From: Thermoplasmata archaeon
GTDB lineage: Archaea > Thermoplasmatota > Thermoplasmata > RBG-16-68-12
Length of the DNA stretch: 64,000 nucleotides
Reading direction: 5' to 3'
NCBI GenBank assembly: GCA_035636595.1
Contig: DASPYU010000023.1
Location: 85,846 to 149,845, forward strand
Shown: one piece after another, positions 18,363-29,085 of the stretch
How positions within the stretch are numbered: the stretch's first letter is position 1
Layout: the number at the start of each line of letters is the position of its first letter
The notes under the pieces: generated by a model
What the model saw: the letters and a program-made list of their open reading frames with translations, nothing else
Told to the model about the DNA's origin: nothing
The model's database searches: none
Position numbers and translations under genes: made by a program

Positions 18363-19220
18363 TTAAAGCGTTCGGCGCGAGGCCGACGCCGAGAAGGCCA
18401 TCTCGCGGTTGCATGCTTCGCCCCAGCCGCGCCTCCCGACGGCGATGATTCCAACGGGCACGTCCTTCGGAAAGAGCCGGAGTCCGCGATCCGCCGCCTT
18501 CTGCGCCGTCACACCCTCGGCGATCCGGTCGTACACGAACTTCGAGAGGACTCGCTTGATGATCTCCTCGCCGATGCCGGTCACGGACACCGCCGCCATG
18601 GGACCTGCGTACACGCCGGCGCCGACGATCGGAGAGTCGCCGACGCGGCCGGGGAGCATGAACGCGGTGCCTCCCGTCGAAGACCCCGATGCGAAGCGAC
18701 CGCGCCGATCCCGCGCGACCGCGCCGACCGTGTCGTGCAGTTCAATCCGCTTCCACTTCCGGGCGTATCGAGGCAGCTGGCCGTTCCGAATCCGAGCCAA
18801 GCTCTCTTCGAGATGCCTTCGCGAATCGGGAGTCGTCGGGTCGTAGGGCTCGTGCCCTTTGGTCCGGGCGAACACGGTTGCGTCACTCCCGACGAGGAGC
18901 ACGTGCGGCGTTGCGAGGACGTCCCGCGCCACCCGAATCGGGTTCCGGACGCCCTCGATAGCCGCGACCGCGCCGGCCTCGAGGTCCCCGTCCATCAGGG
19001 CCGCGTCCATCTGGATCCGTCCGTCGATGCGCATCCGAGATCCGGTCCCCGCGTTCAGACGGGGATCATCCTCGAGGACGACGATGGATTCGACCACCGC
19101 GTCGAGGGCCTTCCGGCCTCGATTCAGCATCGAGAGACCCCTTGCACATGCGGCCTCCGCGGCGTCCTGTGTGGACGCGTCGGAGCCGGCGCCGCAATGC
19201 GTCAGAAGGAGAGGCCGCAC
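18363..19220 (-). CDS. Isoaspartyl peptidase/L-asparaginase (Ntn hydrolase)
   Basis: HCGAG, LEDDPRLNAGTGS, MDAALM, catalytic DTVGAVA, STGG, GRVGDSP, TGIGE; GTG start at 19220. Confidence 0.92.
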   Translation of the reverse strand: MRPLLLTHCGAGSDASTQDAAEAACARGLSMLNRGRKALDAVVESIVVLEDDPRLNAGTGSRMRIDGRIQMDAALMDGDLEAGAVAAIEGVRNPIRVARDVLATPHVLLVGSDATVFARTKGHEPYDPTTPDSRRHLEESLARIRNGQLPRYARKWKRIELHDTVGAVARDRRGRFASGSSTGGTAFMLPGRVGDSPIVGAGVYAGPMAAVSVTGIGEEIIKRVLSKFVYDRIAEGVTAQKAADRGLRLFPKDVPVGIIAVGRRGWGEACNREMAFSASASRRTL

Positions 19221-19246
19221 AGAAGGCGGCAGGCGAAGAGGTCGTT

Positions 19247-19675
19247 TCAACCTTTCTTCGCGGGTTTCGCGCGAGGCGCTTCCATCGAAGGAAGACGCTT
19301 CGCAAGGTTCCCGACTCGACGCCGCAACTCGTCTCGGATCGCCTGCAGCTCGTCCATCGACTTGCCCGTCGCCCCAGGAATCGGCCAGTCTTCGGCCTTG
19401 TCCCTCGCGCCGATCGGGCATCGGTCCAGGCATCCGAACGTCACGACCCGGGACGCGCGGGCGATGAGATCCGGAGTCGCGAGCCGCGGCGTCTTCGGCC
19501 CCAACGGGATGCCGATCTCCCGGAGGAGTTCGACTACGACCGGGTTGATCGACGACGCGGCCTGCACCCCCGCGCTCTCCCCGGTCCAACCCGATGGCGC
19601 GACCCGGTTGAACATCGCTTCCGACAGGACGCTTCGGAACGTGTTCTCGACGCAGACGAAGAGGACCATCGGCAT
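19247..19675 (-). CDS. Arsenate reductase / low-molecular-weight phosphatase family protein
   Basis: P-loop LFVCVENTFRS (CX5R), ESAG, GCLDRCP, DWPIP. Confidence 0.85.
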   Translation of the reverse strand: MPMVLFVCVENTFRSVLSEAMFNRVAPSGWTGESAGVQAASSINPVVVELLREIGIPLGPKTPRLATPDLIARASRVVTFGCLDRCPIGARDKAEDWPIPGATGKSMDELQAIRDELRRRVGNLAKRLPSMEAPRAKPAKKG

Positions 19676-19773
19676 CGATCGGAACGAAGCGACCGCGGCG
19701 GATATAGGTTCGGCCCGCGGTCTCCGATAACCACGAGGCAACCCTCTTATAACGAGGCTTTCGTCCTCGCGCC

Positions 19774-20484
19774 GTGGCTGTGATCGAGGCCGTCCATCTC
19801 ACGAAACGCTTCGGCGATGTCGACGCCTTGCGAGGGATCGACCTCCGCGTCGAACGAGGCGAGTTCTTCGGATTGTTCGGCCCGAACGGCGCCGGCAAGA
19901 CGACGATGCTTCGCATCCTCACCGGTCAGCTGCGGCCGACTTCGGGCGAGGCGCGCGTCCTCGGGGTCGACGTCGTCCAGGAGCCGCTCCGGGTCAAGTC
20001 GATCGTTGGCATCGTCCCGGAGGTCGAGTCGCCCCCGTCGTACCTGACGGCGTACGAGTACCTCTTTTTCGTCGGCAAGATTCGGAAAGTCGATGGCCTG
20101 GAGGCGCGGATCGCTCGCTGGTTCGAGTTCTTCGACCTGGAAGGCATGCGGGGCAGCCTCTGCAAGGACCTCTCGAAGGGGACGCGGCAAAAACTGATGC
20201 TCGCCGCCGCGTTTCTGCACGATCCGCCGCTCGTCTTCCTGGATGAGCCGTTCATCAACCTGGACCCAATCTACCAACGGAAGCTGAAGGACTTTCTCGC
20301 GGGATACGTCAAGCAAGGCGGCACGGTCTTCATGGCGTCGCATCTCCTCGACATCGCGCAGAAGCTGTGCGACCGGGCCGGGGTGATCCGGGACGGGTCG
20401 CTCATCGCGACCGGCACCCTCGATGAGGTTCGCGGGGCGGAGACCGACTTGGAATCCGCGTTCCTTCGGCTCGTGGGGGCCTGA
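19774..20484 (+). CDS. ABC transporter ATP-binding protein
   Basis: Walker A GPNGAGKTT, signature LSKGTRQK, Walker B VFLDEP, ASH switch. Confidence 0.95.
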   Translation: MAVIEAVHLTKRFGDVDALRGIDLRVERGEFFGLFGPNGAGKTTMLRILTGQLRPTSGEARVLGVDVVQEPLRVKSIVGIVPEVESPPSYLTAYEYLFFVGKIRKVDGLEARIARWFEFFDLEGMRGSLCKDLSKGTRQKLMLAAAFLHDPPLVFLDEPFINLDPIYQRKLKDFLAGYVKQGGTVFMASHLLDIAQKLCDRAGVIRDGSLIATGTLDEVRGAETDLESAFLRLVGA

Positions 20485-20507
20485 CGCTGGACCATCTCCT
20501 CCGGCTG

Positions 20508-21950
20508 ATGCTCCTCGAGGAGTTCCGTCTCCACACGAGCTATTCCAGCCGAACGATGTTCCTGACCTTCCCGATCGCGATCAGCCTGTTCAGCTTCGCG
20601 ATCGCGGTCACGAGCGGACGACTCTTCGCGTACACGCCGATCGGCGATGCGATCTTGCTGCTGCACACGAGCGTGTTCCTCTACGGCCTGAGCGTCGGGG
20701 CGTTCGGGTTCCTCGGTCGGCAATATCTCGAGCGGACGAACGGCACGCGGAACTACATCGTTGCGATGCCGGGAATCCTCCCGATGCACTTGCGCCGGAC
20801 GTTCCTGGGGATGTATGTGCGGGACGCCATCTTCTACGTGGCGCTCCTGCTCGCGCCGGCAACCGTTGGCCTCATCGTGTCCGTGCCGATCACCCACTTC
20901 CGGATGACGAGCATCGGCGTCGTGTTCGGTACCGCGCTCGTGTCGTTCCTCCTGGGGATGTCGCTGAGCTTCTTCGTGTCCACCCTGTACATGCGAAGTC
21001 GTGCGGGTTTCGGGATCTCGCTGATCGGCGTGTCGGCCGTCTTTGCACTCGCGGGCGCAACACGGACCATCCCCATTCGGTGGGTGCTACCCGGGCTTGC
21101 GGCCAACCTGAGCCTTCCGCCGTTCGCACTCGACGCCTCGGCCGCGGCGGTCTCCGCGGCGATCGGGCTTTCGGTCATGGTGGCGCTCGTCGGTGCGGCC
21201 CTCGCCTTCGTGCCCGACCGATACGAGCCGCGGAGCGGATCCGTGACGGAGGAATTGCCCCGGATGGCGTCGCGCTTCGGTCGCTTCCCCCGGTACGGAA
21301 CCCTCCTCGCGAAGGAATTCGTGGACCTCCAGCGGAGTGGCACGTACGTGAAGATGTTCTTCTCGTTCGTCACACCGCTCCTCTTCCTGTCCTTTACATC
21401 CTGGTTCGTGCGGTACGGGCTCCAGGTGCCGGTCGGCTTCAATACGGTCTTCTATGCGGGAATGGTCGGCTTCTTCGGCGTCATCCTGTACAACTGGTTG
21501 AACAATGTGGACGCGACGGACTACCTATCGACCGTCCCCGTGTCCGTGCCTGAAATGATCCGAACCAAACTGATCGCCTTCCTGCTTCTCACGACGTGGA
21601 TCGGCGTATCGTTCGTCATCGCGATTTCCTGGCTCAACTCGGATACGCGACTCCTTTGGCTCGCGCTGCCGATCGTCGTGGTGACGTCGGTGTACATCGT
21701 CGTCGTCACGGCCTACCTCACAGGACTTCGGACGAACTCGTTCCTGTTCGATCCCGGCGTCCTGGCCCGGTTCAGCGTGATGTCCATGCTCCCGGACTTC
21801 GGGCTCACCATCCTGTCCTTCACAATCGACCGAGATCCGCGGTTCGCGGCGACCGGCATCGCGTTGGTCCTCGCCATCCTGGTCGCGACAACGTATATGC
21901 TGTTCAAGGGCATTGACGCGAAATGGCGCGGCGCGGAATTCGGCGAGTGA
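20508..21950 (+). CDS. ABC exporter membrane permease (about 12 TM)
   Basis: 480-aa highly hydrophobic ORF directly after the ABC ATPase. Confidence 0.8.
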   Translation: MLLEEFRLHTSYSSRTMFLTFPIAISLFSFAIAVTSGRLFAYTPIGDAILLLHTSVFLYGLSVGAFGFLGRQYLERTNGTRNYIVAMPGILPMHLRRTFLGMYVRDAIFYVALLLAPATVGLIVSVPITHFRMTSIGVVFGTALVSFLLGMSLSFFVSTLYMRSRAGFGISLIGVSAVFALAGATRTIPIRWVLPGLAANLSLPPFALDASAAAVSAAIGLSVMVALVGAALAFVPDRYEPRSGSVTEELPRMASRFGRFPRYGTLLAKEFVDLQRSGTYVKMFFSFVTPLLFLSFTSWFVRYGLQVPVGFNTVFYAGMVGFFGVILYNWLNNVDATDYLSTVPVSVPEMIRTKLIAFLLLTTWIGVSFVIAISWLNSDTRLLWLALPIVVVTSVYIVVVTAYLTGLRTNSFLFDPGVLARFSVMSMLPDFGLTILSFTIDRDPRFAATGIALVLAILVATTYMLFKGIDAKWRGAEFGE

Positions 21951-21966
21951 CCGCGCGGTCAGGACC

Positions 21967-22548
21967 ATGGACGGCAGCTCCGCGTTCCGTCGAGCGGTCC
22001 ACATTCTCTCGCCCGCCTTCTTGGTCTACTACCTGATCCCGGAATCCCTGCCCGGCGGCATCACCCGCACCGCCGTCACCTTGCTCTTCCTCGGGACCGC
22101 GGGTTGCATCGAGGTCGCCCGGATGGCGCTCGGGATCCAGCTCCTCGGGATGCGACCGTACGAAGGCCAGCGCGTCTCCGCCTACGCACAAGGGGCCCTC
22201 GGGCTTGCGGTTGGCCTGTTCCTCATCGGAGACCCGAATATCGTCGTGCCCGTGTTCCTCGGGATGGCATGGATCGATCCGTTGGCGGCCTACGTCCGCA
22301 AGAGGAAGGGGCCCCGGGCCATCGTGGTCGCCTCCTACTTCGGGCTCTTCCTCGCGGCGGAGTTCGCGTTGAACGGAATCCCATCGTGGTCGGTTCGGTT
22401 TCTCTACGCGCTGCTCGCGACGGCCGCCGCCATCCTGGTCGAAGGCCCGAAACACCCGCAAGCGGATGACGACTTGCTCATGCAAGTCGTCCCGATGGCC
22501 GTCCTCGCGCTCGTATCCGCCGTCATCCGGAGCGGCGTCTCACTTTAG
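21967..22548 (+). CDS. Polyprenol/dolichol kinase-like membrane protein (CTP-dependent family)
   Basis: RRAVHIL, RPYE, WIDPLAA, DDDLLM in a multi-TM protein. Confidence 0.65.
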   Translation: MDGSSAFRRAVHILSPAFLVYYLIPESLPGGITRTAVTLLFLGTAGCIEVARMALGIQLLGMRPYEGQRVSAYAQGALGLAVGLFLIGDPNIVVPVFLGMAWIDPLAAYVRKRKGPRAIVVASYFGLFLAAEFALNGIPSWSVRFLYALLATAAAILVEGPKHPQADDDLLMQVVPMAVLALVSAVIRSGVSL

Positions 22549-22833
22549 GACTTCGAGTTTTCCGTATTTGCCCGCGCTGACCTGCAGGTTGCCGCGCCAC
22601 TCCCGGGCCCATCCGTTCGTAATCCGGATGCGGTCGTTCGCTTGGACCCGCTCGATCTCGTCGTTCCACAAGCTGACGGAGACCTCGGTCCCTTCGTCGT
22701 CGACGGCCTTCGCGTCGCACACCTTGCCCGACGAGCCGGACCGGCTCGAGAACTCGCGGGCCGCCCCCTTCTCGCGGATCGTGAGGTCAATCGTATCGAC
22801 CTTGCTCTCGGGACGGAGGTCCTTCGCCTTCAT
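22540..22833 (-). CDS. Single OB-fold ssDNA-binding protein (SSB/RPA-like)
   Basis: VCDAKAVDDEGTEVSVSLWNDE...ITNGWAREWRGNLQVSAGKYG. Confidence 0.88.
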   Translation of the reverse strand: MKAKDLRPESKVDTIDLTIREKGAAREFSSRSGSSGKVCDAKAVDDEGTEVSVSLWNDEIERVQANDRIRITNGWAREWRGNLQVSAGKYGKLEVLK

Positions 22834-23033
22834 GACGCAGCCTCACGAACGTCCCAGTTTGGTTTAAACGTTTCCGATGCCGTGCGAGGGGGCCTTCGCA
22901 TGGAGAAACGCTAGGCTCCCCATCTAGAGGAAACGACGGTCGTTCCGCTGATGGACCGAACCGATTGACATTCTTTCGAGACACGAAATAAAACTTATAA
23001 CGGCTCAGCCGGATATCGCGCACGTCGGTTTCT

Positions 23034-23531
23034 TTGAATCGCATCAAGGTTGTGAGTGAGGTCGCGGAACTCGTCCCCATCCTCCGCGCGGTGGACAGCG
23101 ACGTGAAGAGCGAGGTGTTCCGGGAAGTCTCCAATGGATGGAAGACCACGCGAGAGATCGAGGAGAAGTTCGGGCCGACGGGCGCCGATGCGTTGCGGTT
23201 CTTCGAGAAGATGAAGCTCGTCGAGACGAAGTGGCAGACCGGACCGACGGCCTCGCCCGAGAAGGCGTACCACGCGTTCTACTCGTCGTTTCACATCAAC
23301 GCGACCGCGCCGGTGCAGGAAATCTCGGACGTCCTGCAGGTGGCCATGATGGCCGAGGAGGCGTACGGCGTCATCGAGAACCAGATCTTCGACATGATCG
23401 GACCCGAAGGGAAGTTCTCCGGGGACGTGGCGGATGCGCTGAAGGTGACGCAAACGAAGCTCAAGGCGCTCGTGAAACGCTCTCCGCGTCTCGATTTCCG
23501 CGGTCATCGGATCATTCGTTTTGAGGAATGA
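23034..23531 (+). CDS. Conserved archaeal ArsR-like HTH protein
   Basis: TTG start after a TTATAA box; GWKTTREIEEKFG...LRFFEKMKLVETKW. Confidence 0.7.
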   Translation: MNRIKVVSEVAELVPILRAVDSDVKSEVFREVSNGWKTTREIEEKFGPTGADALRFFEKMKLVETKWQTGPTASPEKAYHAFYSSFHINATAPVQEISDVLQVAMMAEEAYGVIENQIFDMIGPEGKFSGDVADALKVTQTKLKALVKRSPRLDFRGHRIIRFEE

Positions 23532-23532
23532 A

Positions 23533-24042
23533 GTGATCACGGTCCTCCGCTTGGGCCACCGGCCGAGCCGGGACAAGCGCGTGACGACCCACGTTGCACT
23601 GACGGCCCGCGCGCTCGGGGCGGACGCGATCCTCGTGTCAACCAAAGACGCGGTCCTGGAGAGGACGGTCCGCGACGTGGTCCGACGGTTCGGAGGCTCG
23701 TTTCGGATCGACACGGGCGTCGCATGGCGTCGCGCCTTGCGGGATTGGCCGGGCCCGAAGGTGCACCTCACGATGTACGGCCTTCCCCTCGATGCGAACG
23801 TGCCGAAGATCGGGACGGACGGACTCCTCGTTGTCGTCGGGGCGGAGAAGGTTCCGCGCGACGTGTACGACCTCGTGGACCTGAACGTGGCGGTTGGGAA
23901 CCAGCCCCACTCCGAAGTGGCGGCGCTGGCGGTATTCCTCGACCGCGTTCTCGCCGGAGAGGCACTGCGTCGCAATTTCGGCGGCCGGGTCCGGATTCGC
24001 CCGGGCTCGAAGGGACGGACCCGAAGCCCAAGAGACCGCTGA
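23533..24042 (+). CDS. trm56: tRNA (cytidine56-2'-O)-methyltransferase (SPOUT family)
   Basis: VLRLGHRPSRDKRVTTHVALTARA, VHLTMYG, VVGAEKVP, VGNQPHSEVAALAVFLD. Confidence 0.95.
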   Translation: MITVLRLGHRPSRDKRVTTHVALTARALGADAILVSTKDAVLERTVRDVVRRFGGSFRIDTGVAWRRALRDWPGPKVHLTMYGLPLDANVPKIGTDGLLVVVGAEKVPRDVYDLVDLNVAVGNQPHSEVAALAVFLDRVLAGEALRRNFGGRVRIRPGSKGRTRSPRDR

Positions 24043-24080
24043 ACCAACAACCTTAATCGAGCGCCGCCGAATGGTCACGC

Positions 24081-25037
24081 GTGCGTTCGGCTGCCCTCAT
24101 CGCGGTCCTCCTGGTCGCCCTCGCCGCGAGCCCCGTCGTCCCGCGGACCGCAAGCGTGTCCGCGCCGAGTCTCACCCCGGGCGACACGTGGACGTACCGC
24201 ACGAACACGAGCCTCGGGGCCGGCTTCTACCTCGATGGACACGTGACGCTCACGGTCGTCGAGCACGGCAATATCTCGGTCGAAGGCGCCGCGTACAATG
24301 CGTACCGAATGTCCGTTAGCGGCACGGGGACCGCAGCCGGAAACTTCTCGACCGACTTCGGAACGACGCCGGCTTCGGGGAGTTGGGTCCTGACCGGCCA
24401 GGAGGTGTTCGAGTCCGCGGGGCTCAAGACGATCATGACCGTCCTCGATCTCGAGGCCAACGGGACGCTCCACACGTCCCCGGTCCAGCTGCCGTTCCGG
24501 CTTAGCGTCCAGAACACGACGACGTATCGCATCGTCGAGGATGGATGGAGGTTCCCGCACGCGGTCGGCGATTCGGCGGTCGTGCGACTCGCCTTGAATT
24601 TCACCGAGGATTTCCGACTGTTTTATGGGCTTCCGACAACCCCGGTGCACACCGCCGGGATCGTGTGGTCGAACGTCACGTACACGCTCGAGACCGAGAC
24701 TACGGTCGATACGCCTGCGGGCACGTTCGATTCGTTCCGGATCTCGTCCTCGTATCCGGACGGGACGCGCGATCGGGCCTACTACGCCCCGGCGGCCGGG
24801 AGCGACGTCCGTCGCGAGTCGTACACCGGGAATGACACGAGTCCGGTTTCGACGACTGAGCTCGTGACGTACCGCTACCAGGCGCTCGAGCCCGCCCGGT
24901 TCTTCGGCCTGACCACGTCCGACTGGATCATCGTGGTTGCCCTCATCGCCGTCGCCAGTGTGCCGGTCATCGTCTTGTTTCGGTGGCAGACTCGCTCGAA
25001 ACCGCCACCAGGCCCACCGCCGCCTCCGAACCGCTAG
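24081..25037 (+). CDS. Exported beta-rich protein with C-terminal membrane anchor
   Basis: Signal peptide, GDTWTY, TVDTPAGTFDSFRI, C-terminal TM followed by a basic/Pro-rich tail. Confidence 0.8.
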   Translation: MRSAALIAVLLVALAASPVVPRTASVSAPSLTPGDTWTYRTNTSLGAGFYLDGHVTLTVVEHGNISVEGAAYNAYRMSVSGTGTAAGNFSTDFGTTPASGSWVLTGQEVFESAGLKTIMTVLDLEANGTLHTSPVQLPFRLSVQNTTTYRIVEDGWRFPHAVGDSAVVRLALNFTEDFRLFYGLPTTPVHTAGIVWSNVTYTLETETTVDTPAGTFDSFRISSSYPDGTRDRAYYAPAAGSDVRRESYTGNDTSPVSTTELVTYRYQALEPARFFGLTTSDWIIVVALIAVASVPVIVLFRWQTRSKPPPGPPPPPNR

Positions 25038-25508
25038 TCACCGGAGATCCTGCAAGTTCGTCGGGCGGTCTTTGAGTTCGATTGGGGTGCGATGGCGCGT
25101 CGTCTTCGGCGGGAATCGATCGCCCGTCACACCGCGCCGAATCACCTCCTCCTTCGTCACGGATGAGACGACCGCATCGGGCCAGGTCGTCAAGTCGACG
25201 AGGCGGGAGAAGTAATCCACGACGTAGGCGGGGATGCGGCGACAACCGAGCACCCGGAGCACCTCGAGTCGATGATGCCCGTCAAGCACGACGAACTCTC
25301 CGTCCGCCACGAGGATTGGTCGACGGATGTACCCGTCCCGTTGGATCACGGCCGTGAGCTCCTCGAGGAGCGCGGGTCGAATCTGCTCGTGCCCATGGAG
25401 CCGATCAATCTCGAGGACTTCGAATCGGATGGCAGGAGTAGTCCGGGTCGACGACCTTGCGCGGGACGTGGGGCGGGCAAGGAAGCCCGCCGAATAAGCG
25501 TATCGCAC
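25038..25508 (-). CDS. ParB/Srx-fold protein (short, SerK-like)
   Basis: HEQ, RPILV, VLDGHHR, DYF...TW, TKEEV, PPKTTRH; true start uncertain. Confidence 0.8.
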   Translation of the reverse strand: MRYAYSAGFLARPTSRARSSTRTTPAIRFEVLEIDRLHGHEQIRPALLEELTAVIQRDGYIRRPILVADGEFVVLDGHHRLEVLRVLGCRRIPAYVVDYFSRLVDLTTWPDAVVSSVTKEEVIRRGVTGDRFPPKTTRHRTPIELKDRPTNLQDLR

Positions 25509-25522
25509 TGCGGCGCGGAATT

Positions 25523-25813
25523 CTATTTCGCGACGGCGGGGATCGCCGGCGTCGCGCCCTTCCGCAGGGACACCCGCTTCGGGAAATACCGCAGCACGAC
25601 GATGTCCCCGACGCTCTGGACCCAGCGGTACGGCACGCTCACCGCACGACTCCCCTCGACGAGCAACGGGTTCGTCTCACCGACGAAGATTCCGTCGACC
25701 GAGCCGTTGTCCACGTCGACGACGAGGTTGTTCACGTTGCCCAGGAACACGCCGTTTTGGGTGTAGACCTGAAGCCCGATGATTTCGGAAATCTCTTCGA
25801 GCAAGAGCACCAT
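25523..25813 (-). CDS. PRC-barrel domain protein
   Basis: SEIIGLQVYTQNGVFLGNVNNLVVDV...VPYRWVQSVGDIVVL. Confidence 0.9.
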   Translation of the reverse strand: MVLLLEEISEIIGLQVYTQNGVFLGNVNNLVVDVDNGSVDGIFVGETNPLLVEGSRAVSVPYRWVQSVGDIVVLRYFPKRVSLRKGATPAIPAVAK

Positions 25814-25940
25814 CCCTTCTGCTCCGCGTATCCGGAGAGCCTCACTTAAAATCTTCGGTCCAATCGTAGAAGCCATCCTCGACTGACGGATTTCGCATCG
25901 GGGAAGGCCTGCGGCTCGGGGATTTCGGAGGCGATCTCTC

Positions 25941-27415
<1,475 letters not shown>

Positions 27416-27631
27416 TCACGGCTTCGGTTCCTTCCGCCCCAACTGAGTGACGTTCGAAGGCAGGATGACGATCCCGCCCTCCGCTTCCATGTACCGCTTC
27501 CACTCTTGCGTGTTCTTCTGGGCCTGCTTCGCGCGCTCGACGGAGATCGTCGCGACGACCTTCCTGACGACGTCGTCGACGTCGACGCCGAGGATCTCCT
27601 TGAACAGGTATTTCATGCGCTCCCGATCCAT
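27416..27631 (-). CDS. Hypothetical protein (71 aa)
   Basis: Protein-like composition and codon usage; no recognised motif. Confidence 0.6.
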   Translation of the reverse strand: MDRERMKYLFKEILGVDVDDVVRKVVATISVERAKQAQKNTQEWKRYMEAEGGIVILPSNVTQLGRKEPKP

Positions 27632-27796
27632 GGTGAAATGGCCGATTTCGGCGGGTCGTATATGAGAAAATTGTCAACCGTCTCAATCGTGAAACCGAAG
27701 GTTCCGCGTCGGACGCATGGGCCATGGGAGGCCTTTGTCAATGGGTTGGAAGAAGGTCCGGACGTCCATCGAACGCTGCCGCTTCCTGTGGTGACA

Positions 27797-27833
27797 ATAA
27801 AAGAGGCAGGACGAGGGGTTCTCGGTCCTGCCT
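27797..27833 (-). terminator. Hairpin terminator downstream of the wHTH gene
   Basis: 9-bp stem AGGCAGGAC(27804-12)/GTCCTGCCT(27825-33), followed on the minus strand by CTTTTATT. Confidence 0.6.
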
Positions 27834-27852
27834 GTGGGTTGTGGAGGAGGGG

Positions 27853-28221
27853 TTATAGGGTTGGGGTTGGGAGAATAGGCTCGACGACGTCGACCGCTTT
27901 CCAGTCGCCGCCGAAGTCCCTCGTGATGCCGGTCGCAAGCTGGAATCGCACCCGCAGGCGGCCGTTCTCGAAGAAGATGTACGCGTTCTTGAGTTGGGAC
28001 ATGTAGAGGGAGATGCGCTTGCCCTTTTGCGTCAGCGCGCGCTCCGTACAGCGGATCAGGCCCGCGCGTTCGAGCGCGTGGATGCGACGGTAGCACGCGG
28101 CAATCGGGATGCCGTACTCGCGGCTCAGGTCGATGGCCGACTTGGCCTTCTTGAACGTCGCAACAAGGATCTTGGCCGAGTACTCATCGGTCACAAGCCT
28201 CGACGCTTCAAGGGGGTCCAT
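27853..28221 (-). CDS. Winged-helix (ArsR-like) transcriptional regulator
   Basis: DEYSAKILVAT...SAIDLSREYGIPIAACYRRIHALERAGLI; GAGG RBS. Confidence 0.88.
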   Translation of the reverse strand: MDPLEASRLVTDEYSAKILVATFKKAKSAIDLSREYGIPIAACYRRIHALERAGLIRCTERALTQKGKRISLYMSQLKNAYIFFENGRLRVRFQLATGITRDFGGDWKAVDVVEPILPTPTL

Positions 28222-28331
28222 ATCGCTTCCTCCTCTTCTAGTGGAATCGACTGGGACTCGATGGTATATAACCGGGGCGGGACGATTATCCGCACTGATT
28301 CTCAAATGTCGGAACGCGTCGCGAGGACCGC

Positions 28332-28496
28332 TCAGCCGCCGCAGCAGCCACTTTCGGAGCCGCCATCCGCGCAGCCGCAGCTCTCGCCGCAGGAGCCTTC
28401 GTGTTCCTTGTGCAGGACCGGCAGAATCACGGTCGTCTCAGGGGCCGCGAGCGGGGCCTTCTTCTTGCTCGCCAGCATCTCGATCAGGCTGCCCAT
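28332..28496 (-). CDS. Small Cys/His-rich protein (54 aa), absent from the ORF track
   Basis: MGSLIEMLASKKKAPLAAPETTVILPVLHKEHEGSCGESCGCADGGSESGCCGG; GAGG RBS and TAAATATAT box about 27 nt upstream. Confidence 0.7.
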   Translation of the reverse strand: MGSLIEMLASKKKAPLAAPETTVILPVLHKEHEGSCGESCGCADGGSESGCCGG

Positions 28497-28539
28497 GGTC
28501 TCGTTCCTCGAAGGATGCCCAGGATATATTTATGTGTCG

Positions 28540-28881
28540 TCACACGAGGTGCTTTTTGACACGTTCCTCGAACGGCCCGCGAGGCATCGCGCCGACGACC
28601 TGGTCCACGAGCTTCCCGCCCTTGAAGAACAACAGGGTCGGAATGCCCATGACCATGTATTTCTGCGGAGTGCTCGGATTCTCATCCGTGTTCACCTTGA
28701 CGAACGTCACCTTGTCCGCATACTTCTTCGCGAGCTCTTCGACGATCGGCTCGATGGCGCGACACGGCGCGCACCATTCGGCCCAGAAATCGACGACCAC
28801 GTAGGGGTGGTCCCGGATCGCCTGGTCGAAATCGGCATCCGTGACGTGAATCGGATGGTCCACCATGAGGCTGGCTCCCAT
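28540..28881 (-). CDS. trxA: Thioredoxin
   Basis: [21 protein letters not shown]; start 28881 or 28866. Confidence 0.96.
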   Translation of the reverse strand: MGASLMVDHPIHVTDADFDQAIRDHPYVVVDFWAEWCAPCRAIEPIVEELAKKYADKVTFVKVNTDENPSTPQKYMVMGIPTLLFFKGGKLVDQVVGAMPRGPFEERVKKHLV

Positions 28882-29085
28882 GCTGTGCGTACTGATTCGT
28901 CGGATTTAAACCTCGGCGCACAAGTGTTTCAAGCAGGGACGGAGAGAGATCGGCTCCGGGCAAGAGGGGCGGGCCGGGATTCGAAATTCGTCGAGGGGCC
29001 CATGGGCTGCCTTCAAGGCCCTCTCTCTCGTGTACCGTCCCGCTGCGCGAGGACAACGCTCATATAGAAGCCCTCGCATAGACCG

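Noticed and set aside
27849-27871. G-quadruplex-like GGGGTTATAGGGTTGGGGTTGGG
   Set aside because: Mostly the antisense of Pro/Thr codons and the stop at the end of the wHTH gene; no independent evidence of function
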